Positions 9,339 through 19,801 of a DNA stretch of 64,000 nt are shown piece after piece (within the stretch, counting starts at the first letter, position 1; every line of letters starts with the position of its first letter). The stretch is taken from the IMG/VR virus record IMGVR_UViG_3300006045_001036, one strand, 5' to 3'. The notes below the pieces were generated by a model. That model was given only the letters and a program-made list of their open reading frames with translations, had not been told where the DNA came from and did no database searches. Origin of the DNA: a virus (Duplodnaviria > Caudoviricetes). Position numbers and translations under genes: made by a program.

Positions 9339-10055
9339 TCAAGTCTCAAGTTTCATCTGCCTATGCTCTAATTCCCAACTTAACCCCGCCGTCTCTACTC
9401 GGTTTTTGGCAACTTCAAAATATTCCTTGTCAATTTCGCAACCTAAGAACCTTCGACCCAGTTCATAGGCGGCAACTCCCGCCGTCCCCGAACCCATACA
9501 TGGGTCAAAAACCAAATCTCCTGCGTCGGTACTTGATTCTACGAGATACTTAAACAGTTTTAACGGTTTCTCTGTCGGGTGTATTTTACTTCGCCCTGCG
9601 GGAAAATCCCATACCGAAGACTTGCATTTTGCATGAAACTTTGTACATCTCCGTTTGGCAAATACGCAGTTCTCCATTGACGACAGCCACATATGCTGAC
9701 CGTTCATAGTGGAAGGGTTAGTTTTTCTCCATGCACATTGCCGAACCATGAAATCAGGATGGTAATGGAAGTACATATAGACTTTGGTAATCTGCGACAA
9801 TCCACAGAAGATATAGATACCGCCGTTGGAGATGCGAGCAATGGAGTCAAGGAACACATCAAGGTCTAAAACGCTTACATCGTTTGCTTTTGTTTTGTCT
9901 TGCTGACGCATACAACCAGGAGCTTTCATACGGTCTATCGCACCTTGAGTTAGCTCCAAGCCGTATGGAATATCGGTAAGTATCATATCAACGCTTTTAT
10001 CCAGCATTGATTTCATGTATTCGTTGCAATCTATGTTAAAAATACTATCTTTCAC
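9339..10055 (-). CDS. DNA N4-cytosine/N6-adenine methyltransferase, beta class
   Basis: ILTDIPY motif IV, HPTEKP, VFDPCMGSGT motif I. Confidence 0.9.
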   Translation of the reverse strand: MKDSIFNIDCNEYMKSMLDKSVDMILTDIPYGLELTQGAIDRMKAPGCMRQQDKTKANDVSVLDLDVFLDSIARISNGGIYIFCGLSQITKVYMYFHYHPDFMVRQCAWRKTNPSTMNGQHMWLSSMENCVFAKRRCTKFHAKCKSSVWDFPAGRSKIHPTEKPLKLFKYLVESSTDAGDLVFDPCMGSGTAGVAAYELGRRFLGCEIDKEYFEVAKNRVETAGLSWELEHRQMKLET

Positions 10056-10537
10056 GCTTTAACCTCCTTATCACCAGACTCTTTATCAGACCATAAACGA
10101 GCGGTTTGGTAGTCGGGGTTGAAGTCCCCAAATTCTTTTCCGCAATCGGGGCAGTGTCTGTACTCATTCGTTCTTTTTCCATAAAACACAGTTGTACCGC
10201 AATGGGGGCAAGGCTCACCTTTATCGAATTTATTGCCGCAATTGTAGCAGTCATCCCGCATACACTCTCCACGGAACACCGTAGCACCACAATCAAGACA
10301 TTTCTGAGCGTCTTTCCCTGGTGGGTCGTACTCTTCGTCTTCATTTTCTGCTTTTTCAGTGCGGTTTTCCGGTTTAATTACATACAATCCCGCTGACTCA
10401 GCTATTTGGATTAACTTAGATAAACTGTCGGGGAACAGATACATTCGATTTTCATCTGATTTACCTGCCGTCAGTTTAACCGAACCATTTGCAACTAATG
10501 CGTAAAGTCCGTGTCCGATATAAGTGGGTTCGTTCAT
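10052..10537 (-). CDS. Multi zinc-ribbon protein
   Basis: Four CxxC motifs in the C-terminal half. Confidence 0.65.
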   Translation of the reverse strand: MNEPTYIGHGLYALVANGSVKLTAGKSDENRMYLFPDSLSKLIQIAESAGLYVIKPENRTEKAENEDEEYDPPGKDAQKCLDCGATVFRGECMRDDCYNCGNKFDKGEPCPHCGTTVFYGKRTNEYRHCPDCGKEFGDFNPDYQTARLWSDKESGDKEVKA

Positions 10538-10723
10538 TCCTCATCCTCCGCACTTGGTGTTTTGACATGACAATCTCGCTCTAAATCAACACCTTGACCT
10601 GCGTTGATATTTTCGACAACCCGACACCTCATACATAAGTGGTCTTCGGAATCAGGTGTTTTAAAACCGCACTTAACACAATTTATCATGTCAAGCCCTG
10701 TTAATTGTTTAATCAAGTTTTTA

Positions 10724-11302
10724 TTACCCATTTTTAACCTCCACTGTTACAATAGTATCGTTGTGTACCGAGCCGTGCGGTACAAGCAGAATTCGCACCA
10801 ACTCGAACCCGAGTTTCTTACCGACACCGCCCGAGTTCCAGCCAAAACATATTACCTTGCCATTAGGCTTAACGATTCTCGCAATCTCTTTCTTCAATTT
10901 TGTGTAGAAACTCGACTGAGTTGTTTCCGAAGTGACTTTAATTCCGACACCTTTGTAGCACTCGCTAACTTGCCGAGGGGAGTAAGGCGGGTCAAAAAGT
11001 ACGCCGTCAACACTCTCATCACGGAATGTTTTGAGAAACTCCAACGCATCGAGATGAAAATCAGCCTTGAACTCAGGGTTAAGGTCGTTTGTTACGTTTG
11101 CGTACTGGTGTCCGCAGTGGTTTACAAATGGGTCAATCCACTGCGGTTTGCAGTCATACCCATATCTGCGGAGTAGGTCTTCATCGTCTTCCCCGCAGAA
11201 ACGGATTTCCTGACTTGGTAACTCTTCTTCAAGCAATTCACGAATTGGCTTTATTGAAAATGTCTGTTTATTCGGCATACACCAAATACGCTCAAATCTC
11301 AT
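10724..11302 (-). CDS. Small adenine-specific DNA methyltransferase
   Basis: WIDPF, TNDLNP, VLFDPPYSPRQ, HGSVHNDTIVTVE. Confidence 0.8.
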   Translation of the reverse strand: MRFERIWCMPNKQTFSIKPIRELLEEELPSQEIRFCGEDDEDLLRRYGYDCKPQWIDPFVNHCGHQYANVTNDLNPEFKADFHLDALEFLKTFRDESVDGVLFDPPYSPRQVSECYKGVGIKVTSETTQSSFYTKLKKEIARIVKPNGKVICFGWNSGGVGKKLGFELVRILLVPHGSVHNDTIVTVEVKNG

Positions 11303-14300
11303 TCGTCGTCCTCTTCTCCGCCACTGTCGTCTTCTTGTGAGTTTTCAACCTGCAAACCTTTGAAATACACGATTGTCTTCAATCCGAGGGAATCGGTTAT
11401 TCCTCTGGTGAACAGGTCGCATAGACTGTATTTGTTGTCCTCAAGCCAATCTGTCCAATCCTCATTCGGATTGTCGTTATTGGTTAGTTCTGCGATAACC
11501 ATACCGAGGCGGAAAACAACAGCCATGACGTTTTCGCTGCTAAACCCGACACAGATGTCTCCGTACATTCCTCTGCCTGAGTAATCTTCATGAACAGTGA
11601 AATCGACATCATTCTGCTCAAGTTCTTCGCAAATATGGTTAAATAATCCCTTCGGTAAGGTCATACTAACTCACCCCCAAAAATTTCTTCGACTGTTGTG
11701 TTGCTTTCTCTGTAATTAGAAAATCTCATTGTTATTCTCCTTATCTGTGATTTATACAATGTTTACGGAGTTTGCAGCGATTGCAATTGCCGCCGAGTCC
11801 GCACTGTATTCTGTTGGTCGAAGGAAATTCGACAACGGCTCTGTTACTCTCAATACGAACGTGAGCGGGGGCGTGTTCGACTTTCGAGGTCGTACCGAAT
11901 TCAATTCTTGGAGTAGTACCGAATACAATCATAGCAGTTCTCCTTTCCTTCATCAAACAAGGAAATGCGGTTGACAAGTCATTTCATTAACCACTTTTCT
12001 GATTGCAGACATCTGTGAGAAACTGGGTAAGGTCAGCGATGCTTTCCGCTTGTCCGTACCCTGCGTAACCATTGTAACGCTCGTAAATAACATCTCGATA
12101 AATCTGAAAAGCACTGTCATCTTTAAACGGTGGTTTGAGACGTGCATCGTTTTTCTGGAAATCTGTAAGCCTCCATAATTCCTCTTGGTCGTAGTCAGGC
12201 GGTTCACCCCAAATACCTACAAACCATAAATCTTCATACGAAGTTATCGACAAAATCGCAGTCGGCTCCACCGTGAAAACAAATCGCCGACCACGAAAAC
12301 GTAAAACCGTGGTCGGTCTGTCGTCCAAATCCACGTGATACATTAACTCAGGATTAATATTTTTACCATCGGTCTTAGCTCTGTCCTCAACAAGCTTGAA
12401 AAACTGCTTAACCGCTTCTTCCCGAAGCTTGACGGTTTCGCACAATATTACCGTGTTTTTGGTGAAGAGGGTATCTTTGTTTGAATCCTCATTCAGAAAA
12501 TCCGTAATCGTTTCTTTGAAATCTACAATTTCCATCTCAATCCTCCAACGGTGATTTAGGTTTTCTCGGTTCAAGAACTATGTTCTTAATCGTGCATTTT
12601 GAAGCAACACATTCTCCCGCAGCGTTGTACACTTTCCGATTGAGCGGAACACAAGTCTGCCCTCTCAGATTGCTGCATCCTTTACAAAAATCAATGTTCA
12701 TTGTTTTCCTCCTTCTCTAATTCAGCGACAAGCCCTTCTACAAGGATTCGTTGCCAATAATTACAGTTATAATTTCTATACTTGGCAATTTTGTACATAC
12801 CGTCCAACTTCGCTCTCAAGACGATTAAACGTCTGTTTTTCGGGTCTTCGCATTCCAATCTTTGAATAGTGTTCTGAGTTTGAACAATTCCCATAACTTG
12901 AGGAAAATCCTTGCTGCGAAAGAACTCTCGATATTCATTTGATTTTCGTTTCAGCATGATTATCACTTATGGCACTTACAGCCACACGACCGCTTTTTCT
13001 TCTTATCAGGTGGCAACATGGGGTTATAGACAATCGAAGAATTTCCTGTTGCACCGCACGGACAGCAAGTTTTAGCGGGTTGAACCGTTTTTATTGTCAT
13101 AATCATAAGCAGTAAAGCAACGGTTGTTATTAATCCAATAAATCGCATCATTTCTCCTTATAATAGCTCTCGCAGCGATTTGGTGACACTGTCGGAAATA
13201 GCTTTACACCAAGACTCAAAGTTCTCGCCGTGAGTAGCGTTTGTGTAGTACACGTCTTTATTAGGGTTGATTATTGCTCGGTAGACTTGAGAGCTTGTAG
13301 AAATATCGTGAGTTTTGGCAAACATCACAAATACTTTTATCATAGTTATCATAGGTTTGTCAGACCAAGCTACCCAATAATCACCGTTTCCATAACCAGA
13401 GATAACCTGTAAATCTAATTTAGGGAAACGGAAATTTTGGCTAACCGCATCTTCCAATTTCCCTAAAACAATCGTACCAAAAGCGTGGGGAATTGTCGTG
13501 GTTTGTGTCCAATCAAGGTCTTTGGGGTTAACCATTGATTTCCCCTCCTTCTGCAACACCGCCTGAAACTTCTTCAGGGATTTCAGCAGGATTGCCAGCA
13601 TTGATAACAACTCTCGTGTACTCTTCGTCAAGTTTAGGAAGTTGAGACAACATTTCTTGACCGAAAATATTCTGGCAATTCTCTTCATCCATACCGAGTA
13701 GCGGTAGAGCAACTGTGAAAATCAGAAACTTCGCTTTCAAATCGGTGATGTCAGGTTTGTATGAGCAGCGGAAGAGAAAACCTTTCTCTCTTGTTTCTTG
13801 GTCTTCGTGTTGGTGAACCTCTATCACGGTTACTCGGGGTTCGTTAGAGAGTTTGTGAGCTTGGATTAACCGTACAAATTTGCGATAACACTTTTTCCAA
13901 TTCTCATAAGTTAATGATGTAGGGGTTGGTATAATTCTTGCTTTCATTTCGGATTCTCCATTTCATATTTATATGCGTTAACTAAACACAGGTCTTGGTT
14001 TTCGTTGAGTTCTGTGTAAAACTCCGAGCGTCCCTTATTAGCGACGTAGCGGGGAATATCAACAAAGTTGCCGTCGGCTAAATCGTTATCAATTATCACC
14101 TCAGCACCGCCAAAATTTGTTAACAAACAGGGGTCAGCGGGGTTGTCTTTCTTTGGAAGTTCGGGAATTTTGCTCACGGTTCTTGAACTGGCTGTAACAA
14201 CGAGAGGGATGACTTTCGGTATTTTTCTGGACGCTTCTATGATATCCTGAAACATTTTCATCGTTTCCTCGTTTGTTCTAATATCACCCCTCCAATAAAT

Positions 14301-14813
14301 CCGCCAACGCTGTCTCACTCTGTGCTTCTGAGGCATTGGCTAACCTTAATTCTTTGTCAATCTTACAGTCAGCGTGTCTAAGTTTGTTAAGTTTAAGAGA
14401 GTTAAATGCTACTAAGTATATGCTGTTAAACGACCCAAGTTCGCAATAAAAATATCGTCCTGACAACCCTACTCTTTCTCGAATCATAGGACACTTTTGG
14501 CAACACTTAGGCAACCGAAACGCATCTGACACAACAACGCTTAATACTTCACCAACTCGACTAAGAGATAGTTGTTTGTTCATGCTTTACCTGCTTTCTT
14601 CTGCAACGCTGCGTTAATTTGCTCAATACACCCTTCCGCCCCTGCGTCAGGTTCGCATAAAGTTTCTGCCGCAGTCAGGATGTAGTTTACTTCGTTAAGA
14701 ATTCCCTCTCGGTCGCAATATTTGTTTATGACGTTATCGGCAGAAAGAAACATATACGCTGCTTTCCGCCTTGTCTCAATTGCCTGTAACACATATTTAG
14801 GTATTTGCGGCAT
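11299..14813 (-). other. Run of small hypothetical phage ORFs (11299-11664, 11987-12574, 12691-12966, 13158-13535, 13528-13947, 13944-14336, 14284-14583, 14580-14813)
   Basis: Co-oriented ORFs, several with overlapping stop/start codons and GGAG-type RBS; no recognisable domains. Confidence 0.6.
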
Positions 14814-15342
14814 TCAAAACCTCCTGTTCTTCTTTCCGCTCTATAACACAACCCTCACTGAAAATATGCTTGCTTACTTCCCGAGCCAACGCTTGCATGA
14901 ATTTAAACTTCAAGGCTTCCTCGTCAATCCCGAGCGATTGTTTCTTCGCTTTCTTCAAACTCACGACGTACAGCTTATTAGCGTTGTCAGAGCCAACACC
15001 GAAGACCCCGACGTGAGAAGGAATATCTTTCTCTACCTTTTCATAGAGTCCAATAGGCATAACAAAGTAATTGTAATGACCGTAGAATGTATGTTTGTGC
15101 TTGCTGTAAAAATCCTTTTTCGTCAGTTTTAACTCGTAAAACCGCCATACTCCTTTGGAATCGTATTGCAGTAAATCAACCCGCTCGTCGCACCTACCGC
15201 CTGTAAGCAACCACTGTTGTGAATGTTCAGAGAAGTAAGGCATTCCAACCTCAAAACAGAGATAAACACCGAGTTTGTGAAGATGTTGAAATATAGCTAT
15301 TTCCATGTGTTTCGTAATCATCCGTGTCTTGACCTCCCACAA
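14797..15342 (-). CDS. PD-(D/E)XK nuclease-like protein (MmcB-like)
   Basis: CFEV...RVDLL...FYELKLTKKDF...YNYFVMP. Confidence 0.6.
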   Translation of the reverse strand: MWEVKTRMITKHMEIAIFQHLHKLGVYLCFEVGMPYFSEHSQQWLLTGGRCDERVDLLQYDSKGVWRFYELKLTKKDFYSKHKHTFYGHYNYFVMPIGLYEKVEKDIPSHVGVFGVGSDNANKLYVVSLKKAKKQSLGIDEEALKFKFMQALAREVSKHIFSEGCVIERKEEQEVLNAANT

Positions 15343-16315
15343 TCGCCAGAGGCTGACCCTGCAGGGACAATCCTCGCCGTAGTAAATCCAAATGGAGTTA
15401 TGTTAGTTTCTATTCCACCCGATTCAATTGATTCTTTTGTCGGGAACATCGACCGAAACATGGTTTCATATGTCACCAACGGACAATCTTCATGGATGTA
15501 CATACCGTCGGGAGAAGCGTTTTCGCCCTCTCTTATCATATTAGTCATGTACGGCATAAGTATATTGCCGAGATAGAAGCACGACTCTTCTCGAAAATCG
15601 TAAAAAGGGCAGCCTCCGCAGTACGAAGGAATGTTAGTCACCACCACTTGAACATCGTCAGGGCGGTATTCGTTGTATTTATTCATCGCCAATCTCCTGT
15701 AACAGCGTTGACAGCTCTTTAGCCAGTTCTACCGCTCGCTCTTTCTTCTCGAATAGAGCGATGCCTTCGGGAGTGTCAGTAATTAACGTATGTCGCCAAC
15801 TTGGAGAGCCGTGGTATGAAATATCTTCTGAACGATACACCCCACGAATCCCTTTTTCTGTTCGGATTGAGACATCAGAATGTCGAGAACTGCTGGTGTG
15901 TTTCTCAATTATCTTTCCTAAAACATCACGAACATCGACCTCAACGTCGAAGCCTCTAATTGTGGCTTTTGTTTGAATTTTCATGTTATACCTCTTTCGC
16001 TGTTTCTTTGAATTTCACGATATGTTCCTCTGCTTTAACAACGCTATTTTTAGCACGGAGAAGCTCTTTCTCCAGAGCATTCAATACCATTTCTTTAAAC
16101 TCTTCCCTCTCATTAGTCAGCGAATACATAACGTAGTAATCGGAAAAGCGTTGCTGTAAAACATCTAATTTGTCTTTCTTAACAATCCGATTTGTTATAC
16201 TGCCGATTTCCTCCCCTAACGCCACTTTGAACCGTGTTTGCGTTTCTTCAGCAGAAACTTCACAAATTACCAAATCATTGCAATCCGTGCTGTATGAGTG
16301 TCTAAAAAGTGTCAT
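15318..16315 (-). other. Three small hypothetical ORFs (15318-15692, 15679-15984, 15986-16315)
   Basis: Abutting or overlapping ORFs. Confidence 0.55.
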
Positions 16316-17732
16316 AACCCTTTTCTCCTTTCACAGTTTCAACGATTCCACCGAGTACGGTTAAAGCACATGGAATGACGATTGAGTTGCCCCACATCGA
16401 AAATTCCGCCGTATCTCCCCTCGGGTCTTTTAACCACGACTGGATAGCTTTTAACGTCTTCGGCTTGTGGTCGGGGTTAACGATTTTTCGGTGAGTTTCA
16501 AATATTTTCGCCCACGCTTCCAAAATTTTCTGTTGTTTAAGTAATGCTTCAGGGTGGTTTGAAAACTCTATGCCAAGCCCTTCACACCAATCGTCAGGAT
16601 ATCCCATAAGCCTACAGCATTCAAGCGGGGTTAGACGGCGGGTAGCATAATCAGATTCACCCTCGGCAAATTTTGACCGACATATCGTTCCATCAACATT
16701 TACACTTTCATAATGTTCCTCGGGATACAACTCGCTCAACCCTCTGTATCTCTCCGACGGTACGCTTTCGACAACTATTTTGTTTTCGTATAAATATTGC
16801 TTACCTATACCCTTAGCATCTCGAGTACAGAGAGTTCCGACAACGTCTGTATATGGCACGATTTCACGTTTAGGGTGAACTACTAACATTCCGCCTTGAT
16901 TGCACATTCCTCCGCACATAAGGTCGAGAGTTCGGGCGGAGTCAGCTTCGTAACACCCACTATCGGGATTTTTCGATTTCCACGAATTTGATGATTTACC
17001 AGACAAGCAATACAATTTCATTTCTTCGAGTGAATAGCCTGATGAACCAGAGCTTTCCAGAGCGGGGCGGGGATTCTCTTCCCTGCAGTAATTACTCGTT
17101 TCAAAGTTCCCAAACAAGACTTCTTGCTCGAATAATATCTTTCCGGCACTCCTACCTCGTAAATCGACAACAAGGAAGATTCTACGTCTTCTCTGGGGGA
17201 CTCCCCAATATTGTGAATTGAGCTGTCTCCACGCAAGGCTAAAGGAGTCTGCCACGATTTCTCCGCTTCGTTCCCACTTGTTAGGTCGAGGAACATGAAC
17301 TTGTTTGTCACAGCACCTGCAGAGGCTTTCCAAGACGGTACGGAAGTCTTCTCCGCCGTTACTGGCGAAAGCTCCTGGCACATTTTCCCAGACAGCGTAT
17401 CTTGGGTATTCATTATTTGTTGCTAACCTCATCTCTTCAATTATTCGGATTGCTTCAAGAAACAACCCTGACCGTGGGTCTTGAAGTCCTTCACGACGAC
17501 CTGCCAAAGAAAGCCCCTGACACGGAGAGCCGAAGGAAATTATATCGACTGGCGGTATTTTTCCGCCGTTAATTAAAGAAACATCACCTAAATGTTTCAT
17601 TTTTGGAAACCGTTTTGACGTTACTCGTACACAGAACGGCTCAATCTCCGAAGCCCAAACAGGAGCTATCCCACACAATGAACCTGCGAGCGGGAATCCA
17701 CCAGCACCATCAAACAGACTGCCGAGCGTCAC
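16302..17732 (-). CDS. DNA (cytosine-5) methyltransferase
   Basis: SLFDGAGG (I), GSPCQ (IV), WENVPG (VI), QRRRRIF (VIII), RRLTPLECCRLMGYPD (IX), WGNSI (X). Confidence 0.95.
   Translation of the reverse strand: MTLGSLFDGAGGFPLAGSLCGIAPVWASEIEPFCVRVTSKRFPKMKHLGDVSLINGGKIPPVDIISFGSPCQGLSLAGRREGLQDPRSGLFLEAIRIIEEMRLATNNEYPRYAVWENVPGAFASNGGEDFRTVLESLCRCCDKQVHVPRPNKWERSGEIVADSFSLAWRQLNSQYWGVPQRRRRIFLVVDLRGRSAGKILFEQEVLFGNFETSNYCREENPRPALESSGSSGYSLEEMKLYCLSGKSSNSWKSKNPDSGCYEADSARTLDLMCGGMCNQGGMLVVHPKREIVPYTDVVGTLCTRDAKGIGKQYLYENKIVVESVPSERYRGLSELYPEEHYESVNVDGTICRSKFAEGESDYATRRLTPLECCRLMGYPDDWCEGLGIEFSNHPEALLKQQKILEAWAKIFETHRKIVNPDHKPKTLKAIQSWLKDPRGDTAEFSMWGNSIVIPCALTVLGGIVETVKGEKGYDTF
17018..17413 (-). 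CDS. Overlapping alternative-frame ORF resembling the M.EcoHK31I beta polypeptide
   Basis: Nested in the C5 MTase in another frame; GAGG just upstream; SSLLSIYEVGVPERYYSSKKSCLGTLKR...GKRIPAPLWKAL. Confidence 0.65.
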   Translation of the reverse strand: MNTQDTLSGKMCQELSPVTAEKTSVPSWKASAGAVTNKFMFLDLTSGNEAEKSWQTPLALRGDSSIHNIGESPREDVESSLLSIYEVGVPERYYSSKKSCLGTLKRVITAGKRIPAPLWKALVHQAIHSKK

Positions 17733-17984
17733 GGTTTAACCTCGATTGTATTGTCAATCGCTTCCCTAATCGCTGACCTAATGTCGGAATCCAAACCGTC
17801 TTCAAACGAAGCACCGCCGTGTAAAGGATGACCGTCCTGAACTCCTTGTGTGTACGCATCTTTAGCGATATCTACGAGTTTCTCCATAAGCATATCTACT
17901 TGTTTCTCAGTCATATTAGCACCTCCGCATAGTTTCTAAATAAGAAATGCGAGGAATGTACATCCCTCGCAAATCAATATTGTG

Positions 17985-19532
17985 TTATGGCTCGTCAGGA
18001 AGGCTCGCAGTTAGCGTGAATAGCCTTGTCGTACTTTCATCTAATCCTAACTGGTTGCTTTGAACTCTCATTTCCCTTCGGTTAAAAGTTCCGGAAACAG
18101 TCACAGCCGTCCACCCTTGACCTGTGCTACCACGACCACGAATTTCGGTGTTATCATTTAATCTTTTAGCAAACTCTTGGATTATATTGTTTGCCGCACT
18201 TGAAGCACTTGGCAGTGGTAAAGTTTCGGAGATTAAATTGTCTAATATTTCGCTTATTTCTGTCCGAATTTCGCTCTCAGCAGGTCGCAATAATTCAATA
18301 TTTTGACGTCCGTTATCGTCCGAAAGAACAAAACGCAGATGACTTGGAGCTACCGATGGCGGTGGGGATTGGTGAATTTGAGTTAATCCTTCTGATGTCG
18401 ATTCATCCGTACCGTTAACCCAAACACCTGTGTACTGTGCATTTATCGGCACGGCGGGTAGAGCAACATCACAGGTAAAGCGGAAACGGACACTCGACGT
18501 AATTACGGCAGTCGAAGATTCAGGGGTAGCAGGTAATTTCAATGAACTCAGAGAAGTCGTTCCCTCAAACATATTGCTCATCTGATTAACTTTGCGTAAA
18601 TCCCAACCGCTTATGTCTAACTTTGTTAAACTCTCACAGCCTGAGAATAAGTTACGGATGTCGGTCACGTCTGCAGTTTTAAGTCGGGTGATATTATCAA
18701 TTCCCTCTAACTTTGACAAACCATGAAACAGCCCTGTAATACTGTTTCCCGCAACAATATCCCCTGTTAAATTAATTCGCTTAATGTCATTTTGCCAAGC
18801 TAACCAAGGACTTTGTCCGTTTTCTAAACCGACTATTCGATTTGAACCTAATGTCTGCTGAACACGAAGAGTGCCGCAACTACATAATCTCCATGCAGGT
18901 AATTTTGGAGTAGCGTCTGCTTCATGTTTAACCGAAGGATTACTATTACCTGCGTTGCGAGCTGTAACACTGAATAAAGATTCGTTACTTATATCCCAAC
19001 TGTCATTTGAACTACGACGATATCGAACCCGAGTTCGCCTTCCGTCAAGTGACATGGTGATATTTTTTACTGTTATAGCTCTTGTGTTTGTTCCTGTTGT
19101 TGTGTTTGTCGTAGCAGTGGAATTTGTTGTATTTCTCCAGTGACATTCACATTCACAACTATCTCCCTGACAAGTTGTCGAGTCACTGCAAGAAGAATGG
19201 TGAGTTCCTGAGAAAGCAGGGGCAGATTGTCGAGTTCCTCTATGTTGCCATTGGAACTCAGGTGTGCTGGTTCCTGATACTGTAATAGAAAATCGGGCTG
19301 TTTCGCCCTCTAAAACTTTTGATGGTTGTTGCTCAATAAATAAGGTTTCACAGCAAGGTCTACATATCTCACAGAATGCTGATTCCAAAGGTCGAGTTGT
19401 TTCATTACAACGAACATTACCTCCGCTATGCACAAGACAACAAAGGCGTGTACACCCGCTCGTATTGCAGATATTTTCGTTGCTAAAACCGATTCTTTCC
19501 TTCCATTTCCACTCTCTGTTACCTACATCCAT
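17985..19532 (-). CDS. Ig-like plus BspA/DUF285-like leucine-rich repeat protein
   Basis: QQPSKVLEGETARFSITVSG...FQWQ (Ig); LFSGCESLTKLDISGWDLRKVNQMSNMFEG (DUF285-like). Confidence 0.7.
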   Translation of the reverse strand: MDVGNREWKWKERIGFSNENICNTSGCTRLCCLVHSGGNVRCNETTRPLESAFCEICRPCCETLFIEQQPSKVLEGETARFSITVSGTSTPEFQWQHRGTRQSAPAFSGTHHSSCSDSTTCQGDSCECECHWRNTTNSTATTNTTTGTNTRAITVKNITMSLDGRRTRVRYRRSSNDSWDISNESLFSVTARNAGNSNPSVKHEADATPKLPAWRLCSCGTLRVQQTLGSNRIVGLENGQSPWLAWQNDIKRINLTGDIVAGNSITGLFHGLSKLEGIDNITRLKTADVTDIRNLFSGCESLTKLDISGWDLRKVNQMSNMFEGTTSLSSLKLPATPESSTAVITSSVRFRFTCDVALPAVPINAQYTGVWVNGTDESTSEGLTQIHQSPPPSVAPSHLRFVLSDDNGRQNIELLRPAESEIRTEISEILDNLISETLPLPSASSAANNIIQEFAKRLNDNTEIRGRGSTGQGWTAVTVSGTFNRREMRVQSNQLGLDESTTRLFTLTASLPDEP

Positions 19533-19535
19533 ATC

Positions 19536-19793
19536 CTACACCTCACCCGAATCTAACACAACACGAGCATCCCATCTTGTGACTTGGTCGGTGTAAGGAT
19601 ACTCCGTACCACCGTATTCATCTGTAATCTCGATAGGATATTGACCGAACTCGTCTGCCTTACCCTGCCATTCGTTGGTTACTGTATAGAGTTTGCCGTA
19701 AGGTCTGTAGCCTTCAAGCTTTCGCACGGTCTCGCCTATTAAAGACCGTGCTGACTGTATTGCAACCCCTGTTGAGCTTCGTATTTTAATCAT
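19536..19793 (-). CDS. Small hypothetical protein (MIKIRSS N-terminus)
   Basis: GGAGG RBS. Confidence 0.65.
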   Translation of the reverse strand: MIKIRSSTGVAIQSARSLIGETVRKLEGYRPYGKLYTVTNEWQGKADEFGQYPIEITDEYGGTEYPYTDQVTRWDARVVLDSGEV

Positions 19794-19801
19794 ATTGCCT
19801 C

